Of a DNA stretch of 64,000 nucleotides, positions 50,051-63,614 are shown piece after piece. The position numbers were made by a program, and so were the translations under genes. Source of the stretch: Octopus sinensis (taxonomy: Eukaryota); the NCBI RefSeq assembly GCF_006345805.1, contig NC_042997.1, positions 92,256,001 through 92,320,000 of the forward strand. The letters are read 5' to 3'. The notes under the pieces are model-generated. The model was not told the origin of the DNA. It made no database searches and saw only the letters and a program-made list of their open reading frames with translations. Within the stretch, counting starts at the first letter, position 1; every line of letters begins with the position of its first letter.

Positions 50051-52860
50051 CCCAGGGTCTCAATAATTACAGGTATAAAAACCTGAACTTGTAATCTGAA
50101 TAGAGTGACTGCATATTTCTCAATGGTTCAACGTAGGTATTCTCTTTTTCACTGATCTTCAGCTTTATGTTAACATCCACCAGGCAGCTAATTTCCACAA
50201 CTGTGCACCGTTTCTCTTCTCTATCTCAAATCGTTATAACAGGTTTGTTGTGTTTACATTTTATTGAGGTCTTCACCGGGACATTCCACCAGTACTTCTT
50301 TTTATTATGAGTGGCTATGGCTTCTACCATAATGCGGGTCCTTATTTCTTTGTCCTCCCGGTTATTCTTCCGACAGATTTCATTATAACGTTCTAACTAC
50401 ATCATGTCTCATCGGACAACTGCTTGTGGTGTGGTGTGGTGGTGTGGTGTGGTGTGGTGGTGTGGTATGGTGTGGTGTGGTGTGGTGTGGTTGTGGTTGT
50501 GGTGTGGTGTGGTGATGTGATGTGATGTATGTATGTATGTATGTATGTATGTATGTATGTATGTATGTATGTATGTATGCATGCATGCATGCATGCATAT
50601 ATGTATGCATATACGTATGTATGTATGTGTGTGTGTGCGCGCGCATGTAATATTTTATCTTCTTTTATTAATTTAACCTTTTGTCACATTCTCTCTCTTT
50701 GTTATTTATTACTCATGAGATTTTAACGATTTTTCACTTGTTTTAGAAACAAATAAAACAAAACTATATGGTGAATTGGAAAAATCGTTAAATTTGGTTA
50801 CGGCTCTTCCTTCTAGGTTCAAATCTTGCCGAGGTCAAGTATTTTCCCTTTAAATACCAGTAAAGTATAGAGTCAACAACACAACTGACTCTTACCTACA
50901 ACAAAGATAGGTAATTGCTCACTTTACGTGCGTAAATAAAAAAGTAAAGGGACATAACTAAAGCGTCATAGCTAAATACACCAAAATATGGACCGAAGAA
51001 ATATTTCTTAGTTGAAGTACCTGATCGTACTGAGCAACTTTGACAGCATTTGTTGAACGATAGATTCTACCAGGGAACCACATAGTAAGTGATGGCTGGC
51101 GATCTAACAATAACACTGGAATTCTAAATGGTAGAGGTGATTGTACATGAAAAAAATTTCGTTCATCATGCCAAGGAAAATACCCTCATGTAAAATACAG
51201 AATGTATGTGAAAATATGTGAATGCGTGTTAAACGCAAGTTACGCCGTCAATTTGAAATTTCAGAGGCTTTGTTTGTTTCCTATTTGCACGAGTTCATAT
51301 GGCGCAATTCAGGAAAACAAGAATAAGTCCCTTTACTTCTTTTAATCAGTTATGTCCCTTTATATTTTTACGCATATAAACTGAACAATTACCCAAAGAT
51401 AATTTCCGAGACCCTCATCAAACAATAAGATATGCAAATACAGAATCGGCAGCCATGTAGAACGTAAATAAAAAATTACGGTTTGGAGAAAGTATTTGTG
51501 ATCTGCATCAATAAAAATTCAATAAAATAATGTTTGAAAATTTGAGCAGGTTTCGTATACAATAGAGAAAACTGAAATTTAATGCGTTGAGTCGGGTTTG
51601 CTCTCTGAAGAGAAGCCAACTTGAAAGTAATATGTCACTTTGCTTAAATGACGCACTGCAATTTATAGCTCGTTGAAATGTGTAGCTGATAATAAAATCC
51701 ATAATATCTACCAGGCCACTTTCAACCAATAGCGAGTCATACATCATTTGATACCGGGCCATATTGAAAGGATAAATTAAAAAAAATTTTTTTTTTCACA
51801 TTATTGACTATCTGCAGGGTGTTTTATGCATTACAAATATATGTGAAAAAATTGTTTTGCGTGAAATCTGCGCGATGCGTAAAAAAGGTTGGTAATCGTT
51901 CGCATATAGTGATGCACGAAGGCAATATCATCAATTTTTTTGCATACCAAGGGAAACGACTCTCCAAACTGGAAAGTTGCTACCGCGACATCAGGTTCAT
52001 TCTTTACATGTTAACACTTTGTTTTGCGGCTAAGCTCAATATAGTTGAAATATATGAAAAATAATTTACACGTTACTTGATGCTTAGAACATCTACCTAC
52101 AACACCGATTTTTTTTTTTACTAATATTTATCTTAACTACCACAATTTTTCAAAATGGCATTTTCCTAACACCATTATAAATTACTAGTTTCACTACCAT
52201 AGCATATGTATTTTCATTGCACGCTTTACCACTTGTTTTTTAATTACTACTCATACATACACAGATATACATGCACATAAACATTGATTTTTTTTTCTCT
52301 GTACATTCCTACAACACCGTTTTCTTTACATGCTATACAGGCAGAGGTAAATCTGCCCTCAACTCAGTTGCACGCTTGTGTTTCACTTATTTTTTGTGTT
52401 TTACTACATAAAAGTCACCAACTGCCTACCCTGAGTAGTTACTGACGGCACGTGCCTTGTATGTGTGTGTGTATGTATGTATGTATGTATGTATGTATGT
52501 ATGTATGTATGTATGTATGTATGTATGTATGTATGTATGTATGTATGTGTGTGTGTGCAGATTTGTATGTTTTGCTTTATGTATGTATTCTCTTGCATAT
52601 CTAGACATGCTCATATATATTTAGATGGTAAACTAGAAAGTTTTACAGATTTTTACAGTTCCAGTGAAAGATTGGATTTGTAGTCTTCTAGTTAGCTTTC
52701 TCCTCTCTGGTTTTGAGAAGCCTAATTTCGCAAGATTGGTATTTAGGCAATGTGTTACAAATCCCAATCTGAGTGTTAAGGTAAAGAAAATAAAAAGAGA
52801 AAAAAGTAACACATACACATAGATACACACACATTATATTATATTTATATATATATATAT

Positions 52861-52910
<50 letters not shown>

Positions 52911-53676
52911 CATATATGATGGGATTCCACACAATTTCCATCTATCAAATCCACTCACAAGGATTTGGTTTGTCTGGTGCTCTGGTGGAAGATGCTTGTC
53001 CAAGGTGCAGCACAGTGTAACTGAAACCAAAACACTGTGGTTTGGAAGTAAACTTCTTACACACACCCACAGTATCTTTCATTAACAAGTTTTAATATTT
53101 TTCAAAACTGTCATCTGAAAAGTTAAGGATGTAATGATATTGTTTAAATCTGTCTTCTGCATGAAATCCTGGCTTGATATTGGGTTTAGAATATTTATTT
53201 TTCTAGACTAACTCTCTCCTTAATTAGTTGAGCTATGACCCTCTCATTAATCTGACTCTCCTTCTCTCATGAATATTTTATTATTTTATATAGTTTGAAG
53301 ACAATATGTAGCAACTATAGCCTCTGAAAAAGAATATGCCAGACTGACATTTTCAATGTGACTAAGTTTCAGTTCAAACTTATGAATGATGGACAATTTA
53401 AATCTTAACATTGAATGAAAGCAACAAATTGGCAGAACTGCTAGAGTGCCAAATAGAATGCTTTATGGTGTTTGTTTGGATTTTGCCTCTGAGTTCAAAT
53501 GCTACTGAGGTCTAACTTGCCTTTCATCCATCCTTTGGGAGTCAATTAAAAAAGTACCAATACAAGGCAGCGGATTGGTGGAAGTATAAGAATGTTGGAG
53601 CAGATGCTTTGTGTTTGTTCCAGCTGTGTTCTTTTTTCAAATTCAAATCTTGCTATGGCCTATTTGTATGGTAGAC

Positions 53677-53905
53677 TTAACCCTATAGCTTTTAAACTGG
53701 CCATATCTGTCCCAAAATATTCTACCTGTTTTATGTTAAAACTGGCCAGATTCAGCCTGTCACACCTAGCCTACAATGGAATTCTGAAAATACACAATAA
53801 CATCATTGAAATCTTAAATTTACAAGATAATGCATGATTAAATCAAAACAATGGGAATCAATATACATTACATTTAACAGAGTAACCTGAATGCCAAAGG
53901 GTTAA
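53677..53905. mobile_element. piggyBac-like MITE (TTAA-flanked); second copy at 54200-54423
   Basis: TTAA-CCCT(A)TAG..CAAAGGG-TTAA; the body is homologous to the second TTAA-flanked copy. Confidence 0.7.
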
Positions 53906-54455
53906 CCTATTGCCTGGTATCTACACCTTGGGTGCCTTTAGCAAGTCCACTCTGTTGCAAGCAGTCAGCTCAGGATTTCGGTTTGAGGATACCTTTCTCC
54001 CTCCCTCTCTCTCTCATCAGTCTTGTTGGCCCTGTAATGGGTTATGAAACTGTCTTCCCTCTGATTAAAATGATAAAAATAGGTAAATAACTAAAATATA
54101 AATGTTTATTAACACTTTACCAAACATACAAATACACATGTCAAAACTGTGTTCCAGTCCTTCCTCTGATTTTATTATTTTTTTTTTGCCATATTTGTTT
54201 TAACCTGTTAGCATTTAAACTAGCCATATCCAGCCAAAATTTTCTACCTCTTTTAAGTTCAAATTGGCCAGATCTGGCCTCTCACACTCATCCTACAATG
54301 ACATTCTAAAAATAACATTCAACTCATCCAAACCTCAAAGCTACAAGATAATGCAAGATTAATTCATAACAATGGGAAGAAATAAGTATGTTTGACAGAG
54401 TAATCTGAATACTAAAGGATTAAATAAAACAATAAAATAGTTTCAGAAATCTGTC

Positions 54456-55140
54456 TGGTATTGTATCTGTATATTTTATTCAAACATGCACAGAATATTG
54501 GTTGACACAGAGTACTACAATATATATATATACATTCTTTGGTGACAAGAGCATGTTAAGAACATAAAGTCTAATAAGTTCATTGAAAAATTGGGCACAA
54601 AAGATTACAACAAATATATTATACATTCTCAAGATAATTTCCAGAAGGCATTATTAAAAAGTTCAGTGGAATATTGGTATACACGCACAGAATAGCTTCC
54701 CCACTATTATAGTGTAAACCTTTTTGAACTCATAATATTCTGTGCGTGTATACCAATATTCCACTGAACTTTTTAATAATTCCTTCTGGAAATTATCTTG
54801 TGAATGTATAATATATTTGTTGTAATCTTTTGTGCCCAATATTTCAATGAACTTGTGAAACTTTTTTATGTTCTTAACATGCTTTTGTCACCAAAGAATG
54901 TATATATATATATTGTAGTACTCTGTGTCAACCAATATTCTGTGCATGTTTGAATAAAATATACAGATACAATACCAATATCCCACTGAACTTTTTAATA
55001 ATTCCTTCTGGAAACTATCTTTAACATTTTCTTGAGAATGTATATTTATGTTGTAATCTTTTGTGCCCAATATTTTAAGGAACTTGTTAAACTTTTTTAT
55101 GTCCTTAACATGTCCTTGTTACCAAAGACTGTATATATGT
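54456..55140. repeat. Fold-back (arms 54456-54694 / 54736-54977) plus a third tandem copy at 54978-55140
   Basis: Reverse-complement arms of about 240 bp with a 41-bp spacer. The block CCACTGAACTTTTTAATAATTCCTTCTGGAAA occurs twice on the plus strand. Confidence 0.85.
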
Positions 55141-55274
55141 AATGTAGCATTTTTTAACAACCAATAATTAATGCAACCAAACTTCTACATGTTACTTTTG
55201 ACAATCTTTTTCCAAAGAGTGAAACCGGTAAAGTAAATAAACATCTTTTAAAATTGCATTTTCAAACCTTCTTT

Positions 55275-55317
<43 letters not shown>

Positions 55318-55659
55318 TTATTTATATATACTCTTTTATTCTTTTACATTACAGTCATTTGACTGTGACCATGCTGGAGCACCATCTTAAGGGATTTTAG
55401 TTGAACAAGTCAACTCCAGGACTTATTCTTTGTAAGCCTAGTACTTATTTTACTGGTCTCTTTTTGCTGAACTGCTGAGTCATGGGGACACAAACACACC
55501 AATATCAGTTGTCAAGCAATGGTGGTGGGGGCAAACACAGACACTAACACACAGATATATACATATATGTATATATATGATGTGTTTCTTTCAGTTTCTG
55601 TCAACCAAATCCACCCACAAGGCTTTGGTCAGCCCAAGGACTCATCAAAGTTGCATGTA

Positions 55660-56050
55660 CAGTACATAGAATTATGTACAAAAGTTAGGAAAGTGAACAC
55701 TGTATGAGTCATGATATACATGTGTGTATGCGCATGGAAGTGGGGATATAAGGTGTAGTGTTGGCGAATTTCAAGAAGCATGGAGAGTTTAATGGTTGCA
55801 ATGCCTTGGCAACAAACAACTGATGCAGGTAGTTTGTCCCATGCTTCAGCAACTCTTAGTGTGAAAAAATTTTTCCGAAAGTCATGGGTACTGTGCTGTT
55901 TTCTGATGTTGTAGGCATGCCCACATGTATTAGACACATGGAGGAACTCAAAAAGGTGCTCAAGGCACGATGGTTAATAATTTTTGGCATGATGGTTAAT
56001 AGTTTTGTGGGTGTTTACCAAGTCAGTTGCCAGATGTCGGAGCTCCAATG
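55660..56050 (-). pseudogene. CR1-clade LINE 3' fragment; homologue at about 57780-58150 (plus)
   Basis: SNT.GH.Y..RKQHS.HDFRK.FFTL.VAEAW.KL.ASVV.C in both copies. Confidence 0.7.
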
Positions 56051-56555
56051 TATATCTATCTGTCTGTTTGTCTGTACATATACATGAAGTGGCCATGTGA
56101 TAAGAATCTTACTTCCCAAACACATGATTCTGGGTTCAGTCCCACTGTGTGGCACCTTGGGCAAGTGTCTTTTACTATAGCCTCAGGCTGACCAAAGCCT
56201 TGTGAGTGGATTTAGTAGATGGAAACTGAAAGCAGCCTGTCATATATGTTAACTCCCTGACTGGCTATAACCAATAACTATTCTAATTATTACAACTCTC
56301 AAGTTTTAGAGTGTGTTTCTTTTTGAACTTAAGAACTACTGGTCAATTATACATACATACATACATACATACATACATACATACATACATACATACATAC
56401 ATACATACATACATACATACATACATACATACATACATACATACATACATACATACATACATACAGATATATGTGTGTGAGTGTGAGTGTGTTAAATAGA
56501 GGCAACAAAGCCAAGGTTGTGTGGAATTTTCAGGACATTTATAAAGAGAAAGTTA

Positions 56556-56603
56556 GTCTTACAGCTGTTTCTGGGATATTAGGGGTATCCCTTCGTCAGA
56601 GGT
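56556..56603 (-). ncRNA. Type I hammerhead ribozyme (left arm)
   Basis: Minus strand CT-CTGACGA-A-GGGATA(CCCCTAA)TATCCC-A-GAAA-CAGCTG-TA-AG; stem I reduced to 2 bp. Confidence 0.55.
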
Positions 56604-56774
56604 GATGTGACAAAGTTAAATAGAGGGAAATAATAGACTTCAATATGAGGAGTTATTTTGAAAAAAAAAGCAAATAAGGAGTATATAGGGAAACAGGAGA
56701 ATGAATATAGAAATAAAAATAAAAATGTTTAAAGATGAACTCTAATATTTCCCTCTATTTAACCATCTCACATC

Positions 56775-56822
56775 GTCTCTGATGAAGGGATATCCCTAAC
56801 ATCCCAGAAACAGCTGTAAGAC
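56775..56822 (+). ncRNA. Type I hammerhead ribozyme with canonical core (right arm)
   Basis: GTCT, CTGATGA (56779-56785), A-GGGAT..ATCCC-A, GAAA (56807-56810), CAGCTG, TA, AGAC. Confidence 0.7.
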
Positions 56823-57225
56823 TAACTTTCTCTTTATAAATGTCCTGAAAATTCCACACAGCCTTGGCTGTACATGCTCATACAAGACCCACATTGTACA
56901 TGTACATACTCATACAGGACTCGCATTAGACTCATCACTTGTATCATTATTGAACCGAGAGTTTAACTATGGTCCTTCCATAGCACTTCCATAGCATTAC
57001 CTGCCATTTTGGGTCTTCTGGATACCAATACTTCTCATATGTGTATTTATGTATGTGTTCGTGTGTTTACACCCCTATAACTTAACAGTATGGTACTAGA
57101 GAGCAATAAACTAAGGACCAGACTTTAAAAAAATCACTAAGTACTGGGGTTAATCTGCTTGATGAAATCTTCCCCAGTATGGCCATGGTCCCATGCTTGA
57201 AACAGGTGAAAGATGGGATATAAGG

Positions 57226-57264
<39 letters not shown>

Positions 57265-57499
57265 GCGTACACACACACATGCACTTACACATACATTGTT
57301 AAAGATATGTTAACCATGACTATTATGTCATTTGTATAAAGCAATAACATGGTCAGCATCAGACAAGCTAGAGAAAATTTGGAAACCACTATAACTGTCA
57401 CATGACCTAAAAATATGCTTATTTCATGCTACAGTAGAATCTGTTCTACTCTATGATTCTGACAGCTAATCTCTTACAGTGGCCCAATAATGATCACTA

Positions 57500-57650
57500 G
57501 ATGGCACATATACTTGACTTCTGCACAAGACCATCTCTAATGCTGACCTTATACCAACCAAGTTACTATATGGATCTTTACTGCCCATCAGTCGGAGAAT
57601 CAGACATAGATGGCTTAGATTCACAGGTCACTGTTTTTATCAAAGATCAA
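57500..57650 (+). pseudogene. RTE-like LINE fragment
   Basis: ISNADL..LPISRRIRHRWLRFTGHCF. Confidence 0.5.
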
Positions 57651-59159
57651 CCTATCACTGCACATTTTTCTATAACCCCAATAGGATGTTCAAGCTTGGT
57701 AGTCAGGCTTGCATATCAAATGTCTGTGAATTCATGCAAGACATAGAACTGTGCACTGTCTCAGAGTTAGCATGCACAATATCACTTTGCACAGCCTGAA
57801 AGGAAATTTGCTGTTGGATCCATTTGTCTAACACCCGTGGACATGTTTACAAAGTCAGAAAACAGCACAGCTCCCATGATTTTCGGAAACATTTTTTCAC
57901 GCTAAGTGTTGCTGAAGCATGGAACAAACTGCTGGCATCAGTTGTTAGTTGTCAGAGCACTGCATCCTTCAAAACTTCCATGCTTCCTGAGATTCACCAA
58001 CACTACACCTGATTTTCTCCCCTCCATACATGCGCAAGCATGTATCTGACTCATACACTGTTCACTTTCCAGACATTTGTACATTACTGCATATGCTTTA
58101 TACGCACTTTTGACAAGTTGTGGTACACCTGAGCACTGTATACAATAATTTCATTATCATTATAGGTGTTGACGTCCATGAGTAATGTGATATGGGCTAA
58201 GAGGAAGTTTATTTGTAAGTCAAGGACTATGCTGTAGATAGAAAAGGAATGAAAGACAACAAATTGAAAGTAGTGGTTATATCTTGTTATGTGAAAAAAA
58301 ATTTGTGAATGAAACAAAAATGCAATCTCACCTAGCAAATTTACCAGTCATGGCTTCAAATTTACCAGTCATGCATACAATCACATATTTAAAATATGCT
58401 TGAATTCTTCCTGCTTTCTTGTTGGTACATTTAAAATGCCTGATTTTATTGATTTGTCTTTTTTTTTAAATGCTGCAATAGAATTGCTTGTTTTTAAAGA
58501 ACTTGGTATAGTTCTATGTCTTTCTTAATAATGAACCTTCACATCAGTTTCAACGTGTCACAATTGTGAATTTGTGAATAGCTTGCATGAAATGCCTAAT
58601 TTGCATGTAGATAATGCTTATTTGCATAGCGTTATTATGTAGTATGTTTAGAAGTAATAGATGCATATAGTGTATGGTTAGAAGCAGGGCTGGATTTATA
58701 TATGGGCTAATACAGGCCATAGTGGAGGTACATGGCTTAGTGGTTAGGGTGTTGGACTTAACCATTTGATTCCTGGACCAGGTGGTGCATTGTGTTCTTG
58801 AGCAAAACACTTCATTTCACATTCCTCCAGTCCACTCAACTATCAAAAAGGAGTAATCCTGCAACATACCGGCGTCCTGTCCAGGTGGGGAATACATATG
58901 CCATGAAATCAGGAAACTGGCCCTATGAGTTGATATGACTTAAGAAGGTAACTTTTTTTTTTGATATAGGCTATGGTTGGGGTGAGGTGTGCTTTAACTC
59001 AGAGAAGCCTGAAGCTTGGAGTTAAAATTTTTTAAATATATTCACATCAATCAAATAGATAATTTGTAATTAAAATTTTTTTTGTATTTATTTTATCTTT
59101 AATTCAATAGAATTCTTTACAAATCACTGAACTCTCTTTTGATCTATCAGGCACTTCTA

Positions 59160-60360
59160 GATTTTAAAATACCATTAATCTTTACTGCATCCTTCTGAAT
59201 CTATCCAGGCTCTTTTAGGTTTTGGGATCCTCTTAAACTGTTCGGAGCCCCTTAGATATAATGGGGCCTTGTTATTATTTTATTATGTTTTGAATTAGCT
59301 GTGTTTAAAGTGGCACCTTTTTATAAGAATGATTTGAGCATATTTCTTTCTGATATGATAAGAAGACAGTCAACAGTAATGCATTATCCTAACAGATGAA
59401 CAAGGCAACATCAATATACTAATAATTCTATCAAAGTGCTGGTAACCATTAAAATTTCAGAATATGCAAAAATTATTTTTGGTAAATATATTTACATTTT
59501 ATTTGATTTTAAAATATACATTCCTATCATTTATAGTCTTTATTATTTTGGCTATGTGACAGTAAAATTTGTTAATTGTTTTGACATGCACAATAATATG
59601 ATTGACTTTAAACTCCTAAACTGTTGAAAATTACATACGTAAAATCATAGGGGCTTGTAAACCTATTGGTCCTGGGGCCACACCAGGTCTAAATTCAATT
59701 CTAATTAGGAAGAACAGATTATATGCTTAAAGAAAAAAGAGTGCTTGGGGCATAATCAAGCTCTGAGGTATCTGGAGAGGATGTAATGTGGGCTAGATAG
59801 ACATGTTGAAAGTTACATTGAGGGAGGTTTCATTTTCTTGGAAATATTCCAACACCACAATTTTTACTTCTTCACTATCAAATATGGATTTTTGTTCGTG
59901 TCTAATCAAAGTAACTAATAATATTTTCAAAATTTGGCACAAGGCTAACAATTTTAGGAGAGTGGGTAAGTCAATTGCATCAGCCCCAGTGCTTATCTGG
60001 TACTTATTTTATTGACCTCAAAAGGATGACAGGCAAAGTTGACTGTGACAGAATTTGAACTCTGAATGTAAAGATGGACAGAATGCCATCTTTACATTTT
60101 CAAAAGGCCATTAAATTTAATTGAGTCCTTCTGAATCTACCAACACTCTTTTAAGTTTTGGGGTCCCTTAAACTGTTTGGGGGTCCCTTAGATTTAATGG
60201 GGCCTTGTCATTATCTTATTTTGTTTTGAGTTAGCTTTGTTTTAAGTGGTACCTTTTTAAAAAATACTTTGAGCATATGTTTTTTTCTGATATAATAAGA
60301 GGCAGTCAACAGTAATGCATTATCCTAAGAAATGAACAAGGCAACATCAACATGCTGACA
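59160..60360 (+). repeat. Direct repeat of about 265 bp (59160-59425 and 60097-60360)
   Basis: Collinear diverged copies, e.g. CCTTCTGAATCTA..CCCTTAGAT.TAATGGGGCCT..AGTCAACAGTAATGCATTATCCTAA. Confidence 0.85.
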
Positions 60361-61268
60361 ATTCTGCCATCTTTCTATCTTGATCAAAGTAACTAATAAT
60401 GACACTTCTTTTTGTCCAGCACAAGATCAAATTTGGAAAGGAATAAGATATAATAAATTGAATCACCCTCTTTATAACTGCTAGTTATTTTTATGATCCC
60501 ATAGGATGAAAAGCATAGTTAATCATATGAGATTTAAATGAAGAAATGTGTGATTCCATTACTTGATGTTACCTTTCATAATTGACTTAAGAGATGACAA
60601 AAATGTTCTTAGAACAACTTGGTAATCAATTTCTCTGAAGGATACATTACTTGAAATTAGACCAAGAGGTCTAGTATGTTATATGTTGCTGATAAATCTA
60701 ATAACTGCAACACAACGCCACTATTTCAATGCATAAGCAATAGCACAAAGGATTTTTACAAATCACACTGACATATAAAAGACATAAGGTTGAGGAAACA
60801 ATTAACTACATATTGTTTGGGCATAATTAATGGGGACAGTGTTCTTAGTTATCACTGAATATCTACAGAAGCATAACTGACCATTTACATCAAAACAGTC
60901 AGGGTATGAGAAAATAGATTCAGTCAATCAAAATCTCAGTGTTCATAAAAATAAACTAACATCTGAAGCCACACAGCTTGACTAGAAAGCCAAGTTATGA
61001 TCTTTTAAGCCATATAAATTCTAAACATATGTTTTGATTGCTGAATCTTGCGGAGGTCAGGGCAATGCACAGAAAACACAAATTCATCTACCACTATGCA
61101 ATGACTTGTAATTCTCTTTCATAGCTTTCATTTTGCTTGCATCTACACTTATTGGAAAATTAAATATTGGTATATTGGTGTGTTAACATCTTGTTTCAAT
61201 GTTACAAGACACCCAAGACTATAGATTTTATCCACACTCTACATTATAAACAGATATAAACACTCTCT

Positions 61269-61316
<48 letters not shown>

Positions 61317-61499
61317 TCTCCCCACACACACACATGATGGGCTTCCACTCAGTTTCTGTCAACCAAATTCACTCATAAAACATTTGTTAGCCTAAGTCTG
61401 TGGTAGAAGACACCTGCCCAAGGTACAACACAGTGGGACTGAACCTAAGATCATGTCATTGCAAAGTGAGCATCTTAACCATACAGGCATGATTATGCC

Positions 61500-61533
<34 letters not shown>

Positions 61534-61588
61534 TGTATGTATGTATATGTATGAGTGTTTATGTATGTATATGAGCATGTGTGTGTAA

Positions 61589-61636
<48 letters not shown>

Positions 61637-61714
61637 ATATATATATATATATGTGTCTGTGTGTGTGTGTGTGTGTGTTATATATACATGTATATATATA
61701 TGTATATATATATG

Positions 61715-61762
<48 letters not shown>

Positions 61763-61838
61763 ATCCAAACATGAAAACACAACAATGCAAGAATGTGGAA
61801 CAAGTATAGTATTATTGGACGCCCAGGAAAGAAGGAGG

Positions 61839-61873
61839 GTTTAACGTTTCGAGCGGAGCACTTCATCAGAAAC
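61839..61873 (-). ncRNA. Minimal type I HHR candidate with a loop-less helix III (AACGTT palindrome)
   Basis: Minus strand GTTT-CTGATGA-A-GTGC(TCC)GCTC-GAAA-CG-TT-AAAC; helix III can form only in a dimer. Confidence 0.5.
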
Positions 61874-63224
61874 ATAGGAAAAGGAAAGATCCAAAGAAGG
61901 GAAGACGGAGGAAAAAAATCGCCAATGGTACACATGCGGTCAAACACACACATAGTTTTCATAGACAGAAATGGGATCAGTTGGGGTATTTTCAATCTTG
62001 TGTTGAGATGTCATCTGTGACCAAGAATCTTCTTAAGTTGCCCATGGAGACATCAACGATTTACATATATATGTGTGTGTGTGTGTGTTTGTCTGCACAC
62101 TATCACGCATGCATGCATGCATTCACACATACACACACATACACAAACTAACACACTTACATATTACATCTTGGCTGCTAGTTCAATTTATAATTATTGC
62201 TGCATTGACGGTGTTTTGTTTTGAAGCTACACTGTACTACAGAATAGAACTACAGAGCTATTGATTTTTAGCCAACCAACCCTTTACATGCAGACATATG
62301 CAAACACCTTGTTCATGAAAACATTGTATAATAAGATGGAGTTTACATCTGTTTATTACATATAGTATAAAAAGATCTGAAGTACAATATAACATAATCA
62401 AAAATTATATAAGTATGCAGTCTAAGCACACATAGACTTTTGAAATGAATAGTACGAACATACCCCAGTTTGTGTTTCTTAAAATAGTCTACAACACTAA
62501 AATAATGTCTTGTACCATTATTGATATACACACAGAGTATGCATTCAACCTACACACAGAATCATTGAAGTGCAAAAAATATGGTGTAACCGTTCACTGT
62601 ATTATTGTTGGTGTAGGAGTGTTCACAACGCAGTTGGACCTCTCCTTTAGGGCTATTTGTGATGCGACAGAGAGCTTACTATATTTTCTTGCTAGTATAA
62701 GCTGAGCGTTGACTCATCCAATGTGATGATTAAGTCATTGTTTTATCAACCAGTTTTCTTATTTGTTTTGCAACTTGCACTCAGTCAGATTGTGAGTGTA
62801 TGCATGTGTTGATGGGTCGGTGGGTAGGGGAAATGTCTGTTTTCTTATTTTTCACTGTAACAGGCATGTTTGTTTTATATTTATTTTTAGTTTTTCTTTT
62901 ATCTGTTATTGTTGTTGAGATCTTCATTGTTTGAACAGTATAGATATTTGTGTTGCCATACATCATTATACTTCTTGCACATACTTCATAGAGTCTTAAA
63001 AGCTTATAGGAAAATCTTTTGGGATTTAACAGATCTAAAAGTTCTTTGACTTGTTTTCACTCATTGTAATAATATTTCTCTTTCCTTCAGTCTTGGTTAT
63101 TTGGCAAGATTTTCTTATTCTGCCATAGCAAATATCTGGAAAACATGCTGGGAAATACTTCCTAAAATGATCAACTGGTGTGCATCTTTACATATTTGAA
63201 GGATGATAACAATTTTAGTATTTA

Positions 63225-63614
63225 CTAGCAGTATTGCCTGGCGTTGCTCAGGTTTGTTTCGACCCTTTAGAATTGGAATTTTTGAAAAGTAAAAAATTTG
63301 CATTATGTAACTTGTTATTCTCTTTAAGTGAACATTTTTCTGGTTGAAATACACCAAAAAATGGCGATACAGCAGTAAAAAAATCGTAAAAAATAGGGAT
63401 TTTCATAGAAAAAAGGCACCTTTTTGGTGTAAATAATTTTTGGTGTTAACATGGTCTGATTTGAATTTTATCTTCTACCGAATGAAGAGCAAGCCATCTT
63501 CTATCATACTGTCAATTTTCGTCAACTTGCGCCGCAGGGTCTTGGAGGAGATAGTGTTAGTTGAAGGCTACCAAACCTGCCACACACAGACAACTTCAGC
63601 TTTATATATAGAGA
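63225..63614 (-). mobile_element. Non-autonomous Helitron-like element
   Basis: A|TCTCTATATATAAAG start and GAGCAACGCCAGG..CTAG|T end on the minus strand. Confidence 0.7.

Larger units (their letters stand above)
56509..56869. repeat. Fold-back element: arms 56509-56632 and 56746-56869
   Basis: 124-bp reverse-complement arms around a 113-bp A-rich spacer. Confidence 0.9.

Noticed and set aside
51604-51645. CTGAAGA-GAAGCCAACTT-GAAAG as an HHR
   Set aside because: No stem I partner follows any possible UH site; likely chance.
60400-63200. Low-repeat stretch as host-gene exons
   Set aside because: No recognisable domain or convincing exon. The 62780-63060 minus frame only weakly recalls RTE sequence. 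RNA-seq would be needed.
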